From positions 62,001-126,000 of the forward strand of contig RQSC01000027.1 in NCBI GenBank assembly GCA_013416795.1: a stretch of 64,000 nucleotides of DNA. The letters are read 5' to 3'. A model generated the notes under the pieces. That model was not told the origin of the DNA. It searched no databases and saw only the letters and a program-made list of their open reading frames with translations. The stretch is from Prasinococcaceae sp. CCMP 1430 (taxonomy: Eukaryota; Plantae; Prasinodermophyta). This document shows positions 10,473 through 21,000 of the stretch, piece after piece. Each line of letters starts with the position of its first letter. Positions within the stretch are counted from its first letter, which is position 1. A program made the translations under genes and the position numbers.

Positions 10473-12411
10473 ATGGGCTGCTGCGTGTCAGCGCCAGCGG
10501 TCGAAGAAGCGCCGCCAGGTAAGGGGGCGGCGGGCGCGGCGGGCGCGGTGAGCGGCAAGGACGGTGGCAAGGGCGGGTCGCGAGAAGATGGCGCGAGGTC
10601 CTCGGAGGCTGCGAGCAATGGCGGAGGCACCGGGGCCAGCCAGGAATGGGGCGCGGGCGCAGCCGAAGGTGCGGCGCGGCCCGGGGGGCAGAACGGAGGT
10701 GGCGAGAGCACACGCGGCTCGGAGTCAGGCGCGGGGGCAGGCGCGGTGAACGAGGGTGATGGCCGCATCGTGGGCGCAAGGGCTGCATGTGGCACGCCGG
10801 CGGCTTTGGTGCCCCCCGGGGCCCCGGCAGGTGAAGACGTCGGTGCGCATGTCTCATCCACTTCGCCGATGCAGCTTTTCTTCGATTCGATGACAGACGC
10901 GTTTGAGATCGATTCGCAGATCCTAGACGACGTCGAACGCGACTGGGCGCAGCGAGAGTCGGAGCAAGCCGCCGCTCGCGACGGCAGTTTGGCGACCAAC
11001 TCCGATCGTGATAGCATGTCCGGGGCCCGTTCCGACCACCAGCGAAAGCAGCAGCAGCAGCAGCAGCGGCAGCTGCAGCGCAAGAACTCGGGACGTCTGC
11101 GCGGCGGCCAAGCACAGATTTGGGAAAAGATTGAGATTTGCCAGACGCTGAATGCCGCGACCAAAGACGACGGAAGTGGCGTGTCGTCATGGGGGCAGTC
11201 CCGCGAGCCGAGGTTTCGGCTTCGCGGCAAGAGGTACATGACCGACCGTGCGAAGTACGTTGCGCCGAACGTCAGTCTGTACAAGTGCATCGGCGCCGAC
11301 ATCTACCGTGGCTCTCGGCGACTTCTCCACGTCGCGCGCGGCCTCAAGCTGCCGCCTGCGCCGGAGAGACCGAAGCACCCGCTCCTCAAGGACCTGCCGC
11401 CCTTTCTCATCCTCTGCTGGATGTTTCCGGATGGACAGGCGACGCTGGTGAGTGCCGCAGCTGGCAGCGCGCGCCGCTCGCGCGTGAAGTGCGCGCTCAT
11501 AGCTGCTGTCTGCTGACACGGCTCTATGTGCGTGGGCCGCATATTTTCCTACACCAAGTTCGGCAAGCAGAGTCCGTCAACGCCTAGTGGCATGATCATC
11601 CAGTATATGCAGCTTGACGAGGAGGTCGCGATGCAGTACGTACAGTCAGGCATGGTTGGGCTCCTCAATGCGCTGGCGAAGGACCCGCCACCGGGCTCGA
11701 GCATGCCTAATATGCGCACGGATATGCGCGACAGGCTCAAAGCCGTGCCGAGACTCTTTAACCCAAGCGGCGTCAAAAAGATGTTTAGTCTGCCCGAGTG
11801 GAGGCTCATTTCGAGCTACAATGGGAAGGTGCGTACCGGCGCGCAAGGCATCGGCAAGATCCAAACGTTCGGGGTTGGCAAGCAGCAGAGTGTGTGCTCT
11901 GGAGGGCAGTCCCGCGCTGCGTGACCATGCCAGCGAAAGGTCTCAGGCGTTCTGACCACCCCTTCCCCTCCCCAATCCCACCCCGCGTGCGCCTCTAACC
12001 ACCCCGCCTGACCCACTGCACCCACCCGTTACACACCTCCGCGTCCCCCGTCTGCCCCATCACGCTCTTCTTCACCGTGCGCGGCTCCCCGCACAGCCTG
12101 TGCTTACGCGGCCGCAGCACAAATTCTTTCGCGGCGAAAACTACCTTGAGATCAACATTGACTTGTACGAGTTCGCGTACCTCGCGCGCAAGGCCTTGGA
12201 GATGTTTCGAACGCGCGTGTCCAAGGTGACGGTGGACATCGCCTTTACCCTCGAGGGTCGCAACGAGAAGGAGCTTCCCGAGATCCTCCTCGGGAGCACG
12301 CGCCTGTCGAAGGTCGACTACTTTCAGGCGCCTTACTTCCCGGAACACCTGCTCGACGATGACGCCGACAAGGTGCGCAGCAAGGCGAAGCGTGGGCGGG
12401 CCAGAACATAG
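10473..12411 (+). CDS. DUF1336 / EDR2 C-terminal domain protein with an N-terminal MGCCxS acylation motif
   Basis: Exons about 10473-11447, 11559-11828, 12097-12411. Motifs FRLRGKRYMTDRAKY, SYNGK|PVLTRPQHKFFRGENYLEINID and FTLEGRNEKELPEILLG are characteristic of DUF1336. The first acceptor was chosen as the first AG after the branch site and is uncertain. Confidence 0.85.
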
Positions 12412-12706
12412 CCTCATGAAGACCGACCTCTGTCCCCTGTGCACGCAATAATTGAGGCACGCACAACCCCAAGGCTTGGATGGGGCGCCGACGCGCTGGC
12501 ATGTCTGCCTGTGTTGGTAACAACGCCTAATCTCAGATTCTCCCAATGGACGACAGCCACCCAGCGCGCGTGCCGCGCTCGGGTGGCCGCTCCAGCGCCT
12601 TGGGCGACGCAAGCTGCCACGCTACTGCCAATGTTTCGCACCGCTTTGCTATCTTTGATACAGGAAGCTTACAACCGCATTCATAGCGATGACCAGGGCA
12701 CGGCGC

Positions 12707-13180
12707 TCACCGCATCGCGGAACGGTAGGTTCGCAGCTCGTCAAGAAGCTGCTGGAGCCTGTCGTCGTCGAGCTGTTCCCGACCACCTACGTTTTCGAGC
12801 GACTGCACCAGCGAGCGCGCCTCCTCCGGCGTGTCAGGGCATAGGTTCATGAGCGCTCCGATCTCGAACTCTTGACATTCCGCGCTGGCGAGCGTCGCGC
12901 GGAGCTGATCCATGGCCTCGACACTGTCGAACACGTAGAAGCGGTTGACGTAGTCGATCGTCTTCTGCGTCGCCGCCGAGAGCTGCACGTTGCCGCCTTG
13001 CGACGCCTTGCGTGTAAGGACGACCTTGTCGAGAATGAGCTTCAGCTCTGAGTTGGACAGCGCCTGCGCGCTGTTCTCAAAAATCTCCCCCAGCTTGAGC
13101 ACAGACGAGTCCTCATCAGCCGTTTCGTCCGCTGGCTTCGACGAGCCAACGTTCACCGCTTGCGGGGCGCCCGCGCCGAG
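12707..13180 (-). CDS. RPB4: RNA polymerase II subunit 4 (start unresolved)
   Basis: DEDSSVLKLGEIFENSAQALSNSELKLIL...KTIDYVNRF...EFEIGALMNLCPDTPEEARSLVQSL...LQQLLDEL matches the RPB4 pattern. No in-frame ATG at the expected N-terminus. Confidence 0.9.
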   Translation of the reverse strand, partial: LGAGAPQAVNVGSSKPADETADEDSSVLKLGEIFENSAQALSNSELKLILDKVVLTRKASQGGNVQLSAATQKTIDYVNRFYVFDSVEAMDQLRATLASAECQEFEIGALMNLCPDTPEEARSLVQSLENVGGREQLDDDRLQQLLDELRTYRSAMR

Positions 13181-13910
13181 CAGCTGCGATACAACGTGCG
13201 CAACGACAAGCCGTCGCGCCGCGAAGAGTATGTCCTGGGTGGGCTCCCAGGTGCGCCCCGTGACCGAGGCTTTGTCGCCGTCCAGCACCACCCCGTCCAC
13301 ACCACCCCCACCAACCCTAGCGAGAGGCGTCGCTCGCGCTTTTTTGACTTCCGCGTCATTTCCGCGTGATTTTCCGCTGCAAAGCGTCGGAAATCCCCCC
13401 GAAACACAACGGAGTCGCCCTGCTTTTTGCCCTGCGGCGCGCGCGCGCAGATTCCCGCTGATTCCGTTTCCGGGGCCCGCGGCGTTCTGATGGATGCGCG
13501 GCACCGCCGATATATATTTTCTTTTTACCCACGGGAGACTTTGCTCCGCGCGCGGAGGCGAGGTCGAAACGCACCCGGGGCGCGCGCGCGCGCGCTGTGT
13601 GGCGCCGGAAGCGCGAAAAGCGCGCGAGAGCCTCGGCGCGCCAGACAGACGCGCCCGCCGCGCGGCAGGCGAGCAGGCGCGGAGACCGACGGGCTGCTCC
13701 CACCACAACCACCACCACCCCACGACCCCCCGGCGGGCACCGCGCCGCGGCCGCCGCCGCGCCCGCCACGCTGCTTCGCCTCCAAGTGAACCCTCCCCTT
13801 AACCTCANCCGAGGCGCCGGACGGCGCGCGCGGCGGGCTCGGCGGCCGAGGGGTCGCGGGGTCCCGGCGGCGACGGTCGGCGCGGAGCGGAGCCCCGCAG
13901 GACTCTTCGT

Positions 13911-15068
13911 ATGGGCCTCGACTCGGGCAGTGACAGCGACATGTTTGACGTGCGCCACCACAGCACAGGCAACTCACGCACGGACCTGCAGTCGTACTTG
14001 CGGCTGCCGCACCGCATCGTGCTCGTGCGGCACGGGGAGTCTCTGGGAAACGTCGACCCCGAGGCGTACACGCGGATCCCTGACCCGCAGATCCCGCTGA
14101 CGCGCCGCGGCCACAAGCAGGCACGCCTGGCGGGTGAGAACGTCGTCCAGATCATGGAAGATGGGCGCGAGCCGCACGAGGGAGAGCAGCGCGCGTACTT
14201 CATCATGTCCCCGTACCGCCGCTCCAAGGAGACCTACCTCTCGATGCGCAAGGCCTTCAAGCAATCGCAGGTCACCGGCGTGCAGGAAGAGGTGCAGCTG
14301 CGCGAGCAAGGTGAGTCCATCCCCCCCCGTCACCGCCGCCACGGCAGACGCGGGCGCCGCATTCTCAAGCTGGGGCTCTAGCTAGACACGCCGCTGACGC
14401 CCGCTGTTACCGCGCTTCCGCCCGCTCGTGCGCGTGCCACTCCGCGCCTGTGTGCAGATTTCGGCAATTTCCAGGACGCGGCGAGCAAGCGTCGTGAAAA
14501 GGACGAGCGGCTGGAGTTTGGACGCTTCTACTACCGCTTTCCCAACGGGGAGTCGGGTGCAGACGTGTACGACAGGCTAACGATCTTCGAGGACCACATC
14601 GTCCGCGACATGAACGCGGGACGGTATGCCAACGTCACGCTGGTGCTGATCACGCACGGCCTCGCTCTGCGCATCTTCCTGATGCGGTGGCTCCACTGGT
14701 CCGTGGAGGAATTCGAGCAGGCGTATAATCCGCCCAACTCCCAGCCCATCGTGCTCGAGCGGAGGCCGTTCAAGGAGCTGCAGGAGGAGGGGTGGCACCT
14801 CGGCAAGGTGCACACGAAGGAGGTCTACCGCATGACGGAGTACTCGCGCTTCCTGGTCCCTGGTGTCACCCCCGAGATGTGCGCCACCACACGCCTCTCG
14901 TGCATCACGTCCGACTATGGCGGCGCCTATATCGAGGAGCCAACAGCCGAATGCGAGCTGGGCGCCGACTCGTGGGAGCCGCCCGAGACATTGACGAATG
15001 GCGACGGGCGCAACGGACAGGCGTCCTCCTTTGTTGACTCTCGGCAGGGTGGCACTGACGGACAGTAG
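13911..15068 (+). CDS. Histidine phosphatase / phosphoglycerate-mutase-like protein (AT74-like)
   Basis: RIVLVRHGESLGN (RHG motif), SPYRRSKET, LREQ|DFGNFQD, YRFPNGESGADVYDR, LITHGL. Exons 13911-14310 and 14458-15068. Confidence 0.92.
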
Positions 15069-15352
15069 TCCCCTTGCCCACCGCACCCGGAACCCCAAAC
15101 GTGTCGGCACGGCAGCCAGCGCCGCGACTGAGTCCACGCGCTGCACACGGCCTGCTCCGCCTTTGCATCCGCGAGCGCGGAGATCAACGGAAACATCGTT
15201 GCCTGGACGGTAGGTAGGTGCCGCTGCGTTACGCTGTGGGATGTAAGAAGACATTCATCGTGCAGCTGGTAGGTTTGGTTTGGCCTTGCGCGCGCGCGCG
15301 CGTGCGCACGACGCGGCTGGCCAACAGTACGCCACTCTTACTAGCCGACGCA

Positions 15353-16753
15353 TCACTGCGTCGGCGAAGCGGGTCCCGCACACGGCGCGCTCTCCTCTTC
15401 GAACTCTGCGACGCGCTCGAGGCACCACACCGTGTCTGTCATCAGCTCTTCAAGAGCATCGAGCGTCTTGTCCATCTTGTTGCTGCCCGCGGGCAGCGTG
15501 CCGATCGCCTTCACGCTTAGCTCCCACAGCGAATCCAACAGGCGGCCCGGGCGCACGAGACGCCTGTCCTTGGCCTCAAGGTCGCGCACCGCCCGCTCAG
15601 CCGCCTTTATTCCCTCGTTCTCACTTTCGCGCATGACGCCCAACTGGTCGAGCACATCCGACGACACGTACGGGGACCCGTCGGCGTTGAGGCGCTCCTC
15701 CCGAGCGCTCTCCTCCTCAACGTCCTCGAGGTTGCCCTTGGCGATGGCCTCGGCCGAGCGATCGGCCGCGCTGCGCTTTTTCTTTGCCTCCCGCAAGCGA
15801 TCGAACGCCGCCGAGACCGTCGCTGGCGGCGCAGCATTGCCGCCAAGCTCTTTGTCGGCCTCGTCGTCGCGGTATACCCCCTCCCCCGCCCATCCCTCGT
15901 GGATGATCTTCATCAGCAGTGCCCTGCGCCTGTCGCGCGCCATGAAGCCCGCGACGCCCACGAGCTCCTTTATGACCGTCGCCTCGTGTGCGTAGAGGTG
16001 CCCGCCGTCGATCTGGCTGGGGAGCACGTCGCGTGTTGCCGCCTCGCGCGCGCACTGGCGCGCGAGGCACGTGCGGGCGAGCAGTCGCAGGCGGTCGGCC
16101 GTGAGAGCGCCGTTCTTGGGCGCCTCCATGTCGGCGAGAAGCTGGCCGGCGGTGAGTGCGACCTCGTGCATGGGCTCACCGCAGCCGCGCACGGCGTCGC
16201 GCAGCGCCAAAGCGGAGCGCGCGCGCGAGGCGGCGTCGAGGGCTCGCACGGTGCTCGGTAGCTCAGCCTCGAAGAGCTCCAAGGTAAGCTCGCGCATCAC
16301 CGCGAGCATCGCCAGGAGGTCAGCCGACTCAGGGTCGCGCTCGGGGGGGCGAGCCTTGTGCAGCGCGACCATGGTGGCATCTATGGTCGGCAGGAATGAC
16401 GTCGTCAGCTTCGGCATGATCCTGTGCAGCGCGGCGCGCATGCCTTCTCGAAGGTCGGCCGCCACCGTCTGCGCGGACGGCGCGGACGCCGAGTTGAGGT
16501 ACTCCACGCCGCGCGTCGCCAGCAGGTGCTGCTCGGCCTCGTGCAGCACGCGCGAGATGTGCGCGTTGCACTCCTCGATTTCTTCCTCGGCCTCCGCCTT
16601 GGCGTCGCGCCGCAGCCGGCGCGTGCGCTGCTTGGCGCGCTCGGCGGCGGGGTCCCGCTCGGGCGGCGCGTCGCGGAAGACGGCCTGCTCGCGCGGCGCC
16701 GTGAGACCGAGCGACGACTGGGGGCCGTGATCGCAAAGCTCGAGGAGCCCCAC
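15353..16753 (-). CDS. Hypothetical helical protein, no recognised family; start uncertain
   Basis: 466-codon ORF with balanced composition and coding-like codon usage, unlike the Arg/Ala/Pro-rich shadow ORFs. No motif recognised. Confidence 0.65.
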   Translation of the reverse strand: MGLLELCDHGPQSSLGLTAPREQAVFRDAPPERDPAAERAKQRTRRLRRDAKAEAEEEIEECNAHISRVLHEAEQHLLATRGVEYLNSASAPSAQTVAADLREGMRAALHRIMPKLTTSFLPTIDATMVALHKARPPERDPESADLLAMLAVMRELTLELFEAELPSTVRALDAASRARSALALRDAVRGCGEPMHEVALTAGQLLADMEAPKNGALTADRLRLLARTCLARQCAREAATRDVLPSQIDGGHLYAHEATVIKELVGVAGFMARDRRRALLMKIIHEGWAGEGVYRDDEADKELGGNAAPPATVSAAFDRLREAKKKRSAADRSAEAIAKGNLEDVEEESAREERLNADGSPYVSSDVLDQLGVMRESENEGIKAAERAVRDLEAKDRRLVRPGRLLDSLWELSVKAIGTLPAGSNKMDKTLDALEELMTDTVWCLERVAEFEEESAPCAGPASPTQ

Positions 16754-17402
16754 CCCTCCCCCTCGCCTGCACCGCGCGCGGTGTGTGGCACCAGCCGCCG
16801 CCCGCGTGGCGCGGCAGCCGGGCCGCTCCCCCGCATCTCAACTGCACTGAACCACGCCAGTCGTAGGAAGAAACCCTCGCAAAAGACCCCAGAAAAACAT
16901 CCGGAGCTCGACCCCTTTCCACTTTAAATGCGGCACGAGTTCACGACTATGGGGTGAAATGATGGGTATCCAGACCATCGTCGTGTGGCGACGTCCGACG
17001 ATCGATCTGGCTGGCTGTGCAATCTGCAGCCGGCCAGCAGCTGTGCCATCGCGGTCCGACTGCCTGCACTCCGAGACGCCCTGACCGACCGTCAGATCCA
17101 TGGTGACGAACCTCGCGCCGAGCGCGGCCCGCCACCGGCCGGCGCGGCCCGCCGCGCACCCTCACGAACTCCTACTGACCGACTGAGTGACACACGCCGG
17201 CGCGCGCGAGGGACGTGCGTGGTGGGGGGGTGGCGGCGGGGGCCGCGGAGGGGGACGGCGAGGACCTCCTCCTCGCCCAGCGAGCTCGCGAGCAGCAGCC
17301 ACCATCCGATTTTGATTTTTGTGTTTTTATTTTTGTTTCATTTTTGTCTCGCGGCCGGGCTCGCTCTCACTTCCGCTCGCCCGTTGGGGAAAAATAAAGA
17401 TG

Positions 17403-17438
17403 ATCAAAATCAAAATCAAAATCAAAATCAAAATCAAA
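17403..17438. repeat. (ATCAAA)6 microsatellite
   Basis: Six exact tandem copies of ATCAAA, read directly. Confidence 0.95.
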
Positions 17439-18033
17439 TCCGCACGGGCGGCGGCTCGCTCAGTCGGGGAACGCGCCCACATCAAATCGCAGGCGGCCTG
17501 CGCGCCGGCCGGCCGATCGAACCGCCATTTTTTTTTCCCAACTTTTTGCGCGCGCGCGCGCGCGGCGCCGCGCGTCAGTGTGGAATCCATCTCCCCGTGG
17601 AACCCATCTCTGTACGTTTTGAATTAAAGTATGGCGTGAGATATGGAATCCATGAATGGAACCCACGGATTTACTTTTACTCTTATCGCACGCACGCGCG
17701 GGCGCGGCGTCGCGCGCGGCGTGTTGCGCGCGGGCGCGGCAAATCGCGGTGTGTGCAGGGAGGGATGCGCGGCGCGCTTGTAGTGTACCCTGCCTGCCGC
17801 GCGGCGCGCGAGCAGCGGCGGGGGGCGAGCGCCCCCCGGGTCCGCGCGGGAGGGCGTTGGCGGTGCGGGAGAGGGGCAAGGCCGTCCGCCCCGCTCCCCT
17901 TCCCCGCCCCCCTTGCGCTCCACGCTCCGCGCAGACAGCCAGGGCGGCGAGCGCCTTGAGCGTCCGGGGGCGCCGCTGAGGGTTCAAGCAAGTCCGTAGA
18001 GGGAATTGCCAGCAGCGCGCGAGCGCCGCGAAG

Positions 18034-21000
18034 ATGAGTGGTGAGGCAGAGGGCGGCAGCGCTGCGCAGGATGCGCCGCCCTCGACGCTTGAGGTCGAGA
18101 GCGGGCAGCAGGGGATGGCCGGTAAGGGCAGCGGCGAGGAGGTCGCCGACACGTTCCAGGAGAAGTCGTTATTCATGGGAAAGAACCACTGGCTCCGTGC
18201 AGTCGCCATCAGGGTCGTCTGCCACCGGATGTTTGAGGGGGTGACCACTGGCATTATCCTGCTGAACTGCATCCTGCTCACGCTCTATCGCCCGAAGGAG
18301 GACTTTGACTCGAAGTGGAACTCCACGCTCGATGACATCGACAAGTTCTTCCTTGCGGCGTTCACGGTTGAGCTGCTCCTGAACGTCATCGCCATGGGTG
18401 CGTGGCGCTACGTGACAGATGCCTGGAACTTCCTGGATTTCGTCGTCGTGGCGAGCGGGTACGCCGAGCTCGGGCTCGGGCCTGGCAGCAGCGTGAGCGC
18501 GTTGCGCACGTTCCGCGTGCTGCGCCCGCTGCGCACGATAAACTCGCTGCCGGGCCTGAAGCTGCTGGTGAACACCATCCTGGGCGCATTGCCGCTCATG
18601 GGCAACGTGCTGGTGCTGTGGGTGTATCTGTTCCTTGTGTTTGGCATCCTCGGCACGCAGATGTTCGGTGGCGAGCTCGACAAGCACTGCGTTCCCCTGA
18701 CTGAGGCTGGCATGGCAGCGGTTGCGGCGCTCCCGTCGAACTACACCTACCACGAGCAGCAACAGTATGTGGAGGAATTGTTCTATGCGGGTGCGGTGCC
18801 ACGGGTCCTCGATTACAGCAACGCCACCGAGTATGACTACTGCACCGTGGGCGCCGATCTCGGGTGGAACGGTCACTACTGCCAGGACACCGAGGCGTGC
18901 ATCCATCTCGAGGACCCTGACTTCGGCAAGACCTCGTTCAACAATTTGCTGTGGAGCATGCTGACGGTCTTTGTCGTGGTGACGCTTGAGACCTGGACCA
19001 CGATCATGTACGCGACGATGCGCACGACGTCGGGCTGGGCGCTCATCTTTTTCTACCTGGTCGTTTTCCTAGGCTCTTTTTTCATGGTGAACCTCGCGCT
19101 GGCGGTCATCGCTGACATATACGAGGAGAACGTGGAGGAGTATAAGGAGGCCACGCTGCAGGAGCACCTGAAGCTCGTCGCGTTGCACGAGGCGGAGGAG
19201 AAGAAGCGAAAGCTGCGCGTCCTCCGTCGCAATCGGAGCGCAAGGTTCGATCTCCAAAAGCAGCTCAATTCGGAAGAGGCCAAGCGTAGCCCCTTCCAGC
19301 AGATGTTGGTGTCTCTTCGCGCCAAGTGCGCGGCAATCTATGACACGGCGTCCTTTACGCACGCTACCACGGCGCTCATTCTCGGCAACACGCTGGTACT
19401 GTCGATGGAGTACCACAACATGCCCCAGAACTACGCCAAGGGCCTCGAGGTGACCAACGAGGTGCTCACGTGGCTCTTTGTAGCCGAGATGCTTCTCAAG
19501 CTGGTGGCGCTGGGGCTGAAGGGGTACTGGAAGGACTCTTTCAACAAGTTCGACACCGTGGTCAACATCGTGTCGGTGATCGAGCTGTATGCGACCTCTA
19601 ACGGCTCGCTCTCCGCGCTGCGCGCCTTCCGCATCCTCCGTGTGATGAAGATCGCCGGCACCTCGCAGAGTCTCAAGCTCTTCATTGAGACGCTCAGCAA
19701 GACGATCGTCGAGTTGGGCAACTTTGCGCTCATCGTGGCCTTGATCTCCTTCATCTTCGCGCTTCTGGGCATGCAGACATTCGGCGATCTCTTTCACTTC
19801 GAGGTGTGCGAGTCGGCCGCCAACCCAGAGACGGGCGTCGAGGTGGTCGTGTGCGAGATTGACTCGCCACGGTCCAACTTTGACACGCTGCTTTGGGCTT
19901 TCGTGACCGTGCTGCAGATCTTCACTGGGGAGGACTGGAACTCGGTCATGTACTCAGGCATGCGAGCGAAGGGCGACGCCGCCTCGCTCTACTTCGTGTT
20001 TCTGGTCATCATCGGCAACTACATTGTGATGAATCTCTTCATCGCCATTCTGCTGAGCTCGTTCTCGTCGCACCGCGAAGAGCGCTACGATGCTGTGGGC
20101 GTCATGCCCACTATTGAGGGCGGGCAGAGCGTGGCCTTCTCAGACTACTCGGAGACATCGGGCAATGGCGTGAGTGTGGAGGCCAACGAGACTGCCGACG
20201 TGGCTGCCCAAGCCCCGGCTGATAGCTCCGAGGGTGAGGACGGGGATGAGAAGGTCGCGAAGGCGGAAGTGGAAAATGACGCGGCTTTCGAGGACGCTGT
20301 GAGCGTCCTGAAGGCCCAGAATGAAGAGAAGGACGAAGAGAAGGACGATGCTGCGGCGACGATGGAAAAGCCCAACGAACTCAGGCCGCTGGAAGACTTC
20401 ACTCTGAATTCTTTCTTCGTGTTCTCGCCCGAGAGCTCGGTGCGCCGTGCGTGCTATAAACTCATCGCACACCCACTCTTCGACAACATCATTCTGACGT
20501 GCATCATGGCCTCCTCCATCATCATGGCTACCGAGAACCCTGGGCTGGAGGACAACCAGACCTTCCAGGACGTGGTGAAGGTCATGGACATCATCTTCAC
20601 TACCATCTTTGCGGCGGAGATGGTGCTCAAGGTGACTGCGCTCGGCTTTTACGGGGAACCCGGGGCGTATGTCACGAGCGGGTGGAACGTGCTGGATGCC
20701 TTGATCGTCATGGTGTCCGTGCTTTCGCTGGCGCTGTCGAAGCTCGATCTTGAGTGGGTTCGCGCGGTGCGCGTCCTTCGCGTATTGCGCCCCCTGCGCA
20801 TGATCAGCCGCATCCCCGAGCTGCGAGTGGTCGTGAACGCGCTGTTGGCCTCATTCCCCGGCCTGGGCAACGTCCTCCTGGTCATGGCGCTCAACTGGGT
20901 GATCTTTGGCATCCTCGGCATGAGCCTTTTCATGGGCAAGTTCTACCGATGCAACGACGACGCCGCCGCGGGGGTCGAAGAGTGCGTGGGCACGTACGTG

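Noticed and set aside
13180-13723. Long N-terminal extension (MGWWWLWW...) on the RPB4 ORF
   Set aside because: It starts at a non-ATG codon and translates promoter DNA. RPB4 homologs have no such extension.
16985-17959. 324-aa ORF containing QNQNQNQN
   Set aside because: It is a translation of the (ATCAAA)6 microsatellite and promoter DNA, with non-coding composition.
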